Shown here one piece after another: positions 57,930-59,574 of a DNA stretch of 59,574 nucleotides. A program made the translations under genes and the position numbers. Source of the stretch: Microcystaceae cyanobacterium (GTDB lineage Bacteria > Cyanobacteriota > Cyanobacteriia > Cyanobacteriales > Microcystaceae); assembly GCA_041746575.1 (NCBI GenBank), contig JBGTGT010000099.1, positions 1 to 59,574 of the forward strand, in the 5' to 3' direction. The notes below the pieces were generated by a model, which did no database searches, was not told the origin of the DNA, and worked only from the letters and a program-made list of their open reading frames with translations. The stretch's first letter is position 1; the number at the start of each line of letters is the position of its first letter.

Positions 57930-58342
57930 ATGGAAATCACGACCAAGAAGCAAAAATTCTCTGATTGATTAGGGTCTAAAGGGATGATGACATTCCCCAG
58001 TCGTTAACCGTAAAAATGAAGGAAAATGGGTATTTGGATAAAAGTAGCAACTAATCGTCGTTTTCCCCTATCTGTTTTCTCGGTAATGTAAATATACAGC
58101 GTTTTGCGACTTGATGAGGTACACGATTGATGATTGGGGTGCAAGGTTTGCGCCCGAAAGTGTATGATATTCACTCACTATTTGTTGTATTTTTTGTCTT
58201 CTGAAATTTCCAGCCAGACGTTTTGTATTCTACAGACCTTGAAAACTTTTTGAATTTAGGATAGCTTTTTTTAGATACTCTCTAGCCAGCGAGTATTTTT
58301 TCACCCTGAAAACTAATCGGTAAAGGATAAAGATTCTACATT

Positions 58343-58900
58343 ATGAATAACAGATACTCGTTTGTTGGGGGTCAACAGGGCAAATGGCGGGTGATAGACA
58401 TTCGGAGTGTTTCGGGAGCTAGTTTAGAGCCCGTTGAAAGAGTGAATGTGGTAAATGATGTGGTTACAGAATTGCCATTGTATAGTTCGTGGGTTCTGCA
58501 AAGCTTTATTAGTAATATTCGCTATTCCAAGCGAGATGAAGTCACTGCTCTTCGAGCAGTACAGCCTGAACTTGATCGTTCGGAAGCCGTTTCTGCTGTG
58601 CTAATTCCGATTAAAAAATCTGCTCAGTGGTGGGAAATGGCACAAGACGAGCGGCGAGCAATTTTCGAAGCAGAATCTCATCATACGGCGGTTGGTTTGG
58701 AGTATCTTCCGGGGGTGGCACGTCGGTTACATCACTGCCGCGATCTCGGAGAACCGTTTGATTTTCTGACTTGGTTTGAATTTGCGCCGGAACACATCAA
58801 AGCTTTTGATGAATTACTGTTGCGAATGCGCGCCAGCAAAGAATGGGAGTATGTAGAGCGCGAAGTTGAGGTTTACCTAGAGCGAGATGATATATCGTAA
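58343..58900 (+). CDS. cld: Chlorite dismutase, short dimeric clade 2 type
   Basis: IPIKKSAQWW, proximal His in SHHT, distal Arg in VARRL, FDFLTWFEF and KEWEYVERE; closely recalls the Cyanothece PCC 7425 Cld. Confidence 0.88.
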   Translation: MNNRYSFVGGQQGKWRVIDIRSVSGASLEPVERVNVVNDVVTELPLYSSWVLQSFISNIRYSKRDEVTALRAVQPELDRSEAVSAVLIPIKKSAQWWEMAQDERRAIFEAESHHTAVGLEYLPGVARRLHHCRDLGEPFDFLTWFEFAPEHIKAFDELLLRMRASKEWEYVEREVEVYLERDDIS

Positions 58901-59025
58901 AAAGGGTCTAACGAGAACGTATTTTTAGAGACAAAGGTTGAGTCTGCCCGACGCTTTGTTGCTTAGTGTATTCTGAGTATTGCCATGATTTCCCATTGTA
59001 TCGTTTTAATATCCTCATCAATAAT

Positions 59026-59253
59026 ATGAAGACTCGTTCCCCTAAAAATTTTAACTACGAAACAACAATCAACGAAATTGAAGCCATTATCCAACAAATG
59101 GAAAGCGGAACGTTACCCCTCAAAGACGTATTCCAACAATTTGCGATCGCTACAGAAAAACTGAAAGCCTGTGAACAATTTCTCAACTTAGGTCAAGAAA
59201 AAATGAAATTGCTCATTGAAACCTTCGAAAGTCCCGAAGAAATTGAATTTTAA
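59026..59253 (+). CDS. xseB: Exodeoxyribonuclease VII small subunit
   Basis: YETTINEIEAIIQQMESGTLPL...F...CEQFL pattern. Confidence 0.85.
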   Translation: MKTRSPKNFNYETTINEIEAIIQQMESGTLPLKDVFQQFAIATEKLKACEQFLNLGQEKMKLLIETFESPEEIEF

Positions 59254-59298
59254 CGTTGCTGATTCGCTCTGTTAACCATAAAACGTATTATCTAATAG

Positions 59299-59433
59299 TG
59301 GGACTTAAACAAAAATCAAGCCCAAATAAAACCTAAACTGGCTTGGTAAGCCGCAAACACCTCCTGATTGTAAGTCAGCCAATCAAAGAAACGGAAAGAC
59401 ATCGCTGTCCGAAAAGCCTCCAACGCCTTAGTA
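59299..59433 (-). pseudogene. IS701-like transposase 3' remnant
   Basis: FTKALEAFRTAMSFRFFDWL...FAAYQASLGFIWA-stop resembles the C-terminus of cyanobacterial IS701 transposases; similarity stops at the MITE end at 59434. Confidence 0.65.
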
Positions 59434-59574
59434 AACGTGAGTTCGACAGAGGAAAAAAACCACTTCTGTTCTGCCAAAATAAAATCAAGCCATGAGGATT
59501 TTAAGCGATCGCTCTTCAAGGGCGATCGCTTAAAATAAAAAGATATTTCTCATTAAAAAATAGCAGGAGGAAAA
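59434..59574. mobile_element. Left end of an element with AACGTGAGTTCGAC terminus (runs off window)
   Basis: Same 14-bp terminus as the MITEs at 128-141 and 33313/33477; different interior containing a HIP1 hairpin. Confidence 0.65.

Noticed and set aside
59316..59519. 67-aa ORF as a real gene
   Set aside because: Chimera of MITE sequence and a transposase C-terminal remnant

Overview
Chromosomal window from a cyanobacterium, probably unicellular (frequent HIP1 octamers GCGATCGC; por, ndhR/ccmR, sipA, tic22, nrtABCD; NtcA boxes). Most of it is core genes: prmC, an RlmL-like methylase, ABC1 kinase-pphA, por, gatD, dnaX, nrtABCD plus nrtP, comEC, ndk, hemE, moaE, comF, pilT, cobO and xseB. Two accessory loci stand out. 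(1) At 9898-12270 a small helical protein ends in two charge-complementary pseudo-repeats, and the adjacent NB-ARC/TPR NLR begins with a single copy of the same motif. This is the HET-S/NWD2 or Bell/BASS amyloid-signalling architecture, with a motif I do not recognise. (2) At 33968-43972 a candidate biosynthetic cluster encodes a PEP-CTERM-associated (FeeM-like) N-acyl amino acid synthase, a VAO/PCMH-family flavoprotein (FeeG/CndG-like), a second GNAT-fold protein, two GT1 glycosyltransferases, two membrane-bound hexapeptide acyltransferases (one with a serine-less ACP-like tail), a PEP-CTERM GDSL esterase and another PEP-CTERM protein. Also present: a PEP-CTERM-anchored animal-type heme peroxidase, a clade-2 chlorite dismutase, a MITE family with AACGTGAGTTCGAC ends (one copy truncates an IS701-like remnant) and a 45-bp coding tandem repeat in a YqeY fusion. 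All calls come from motif recognition by eye; no searches were run.
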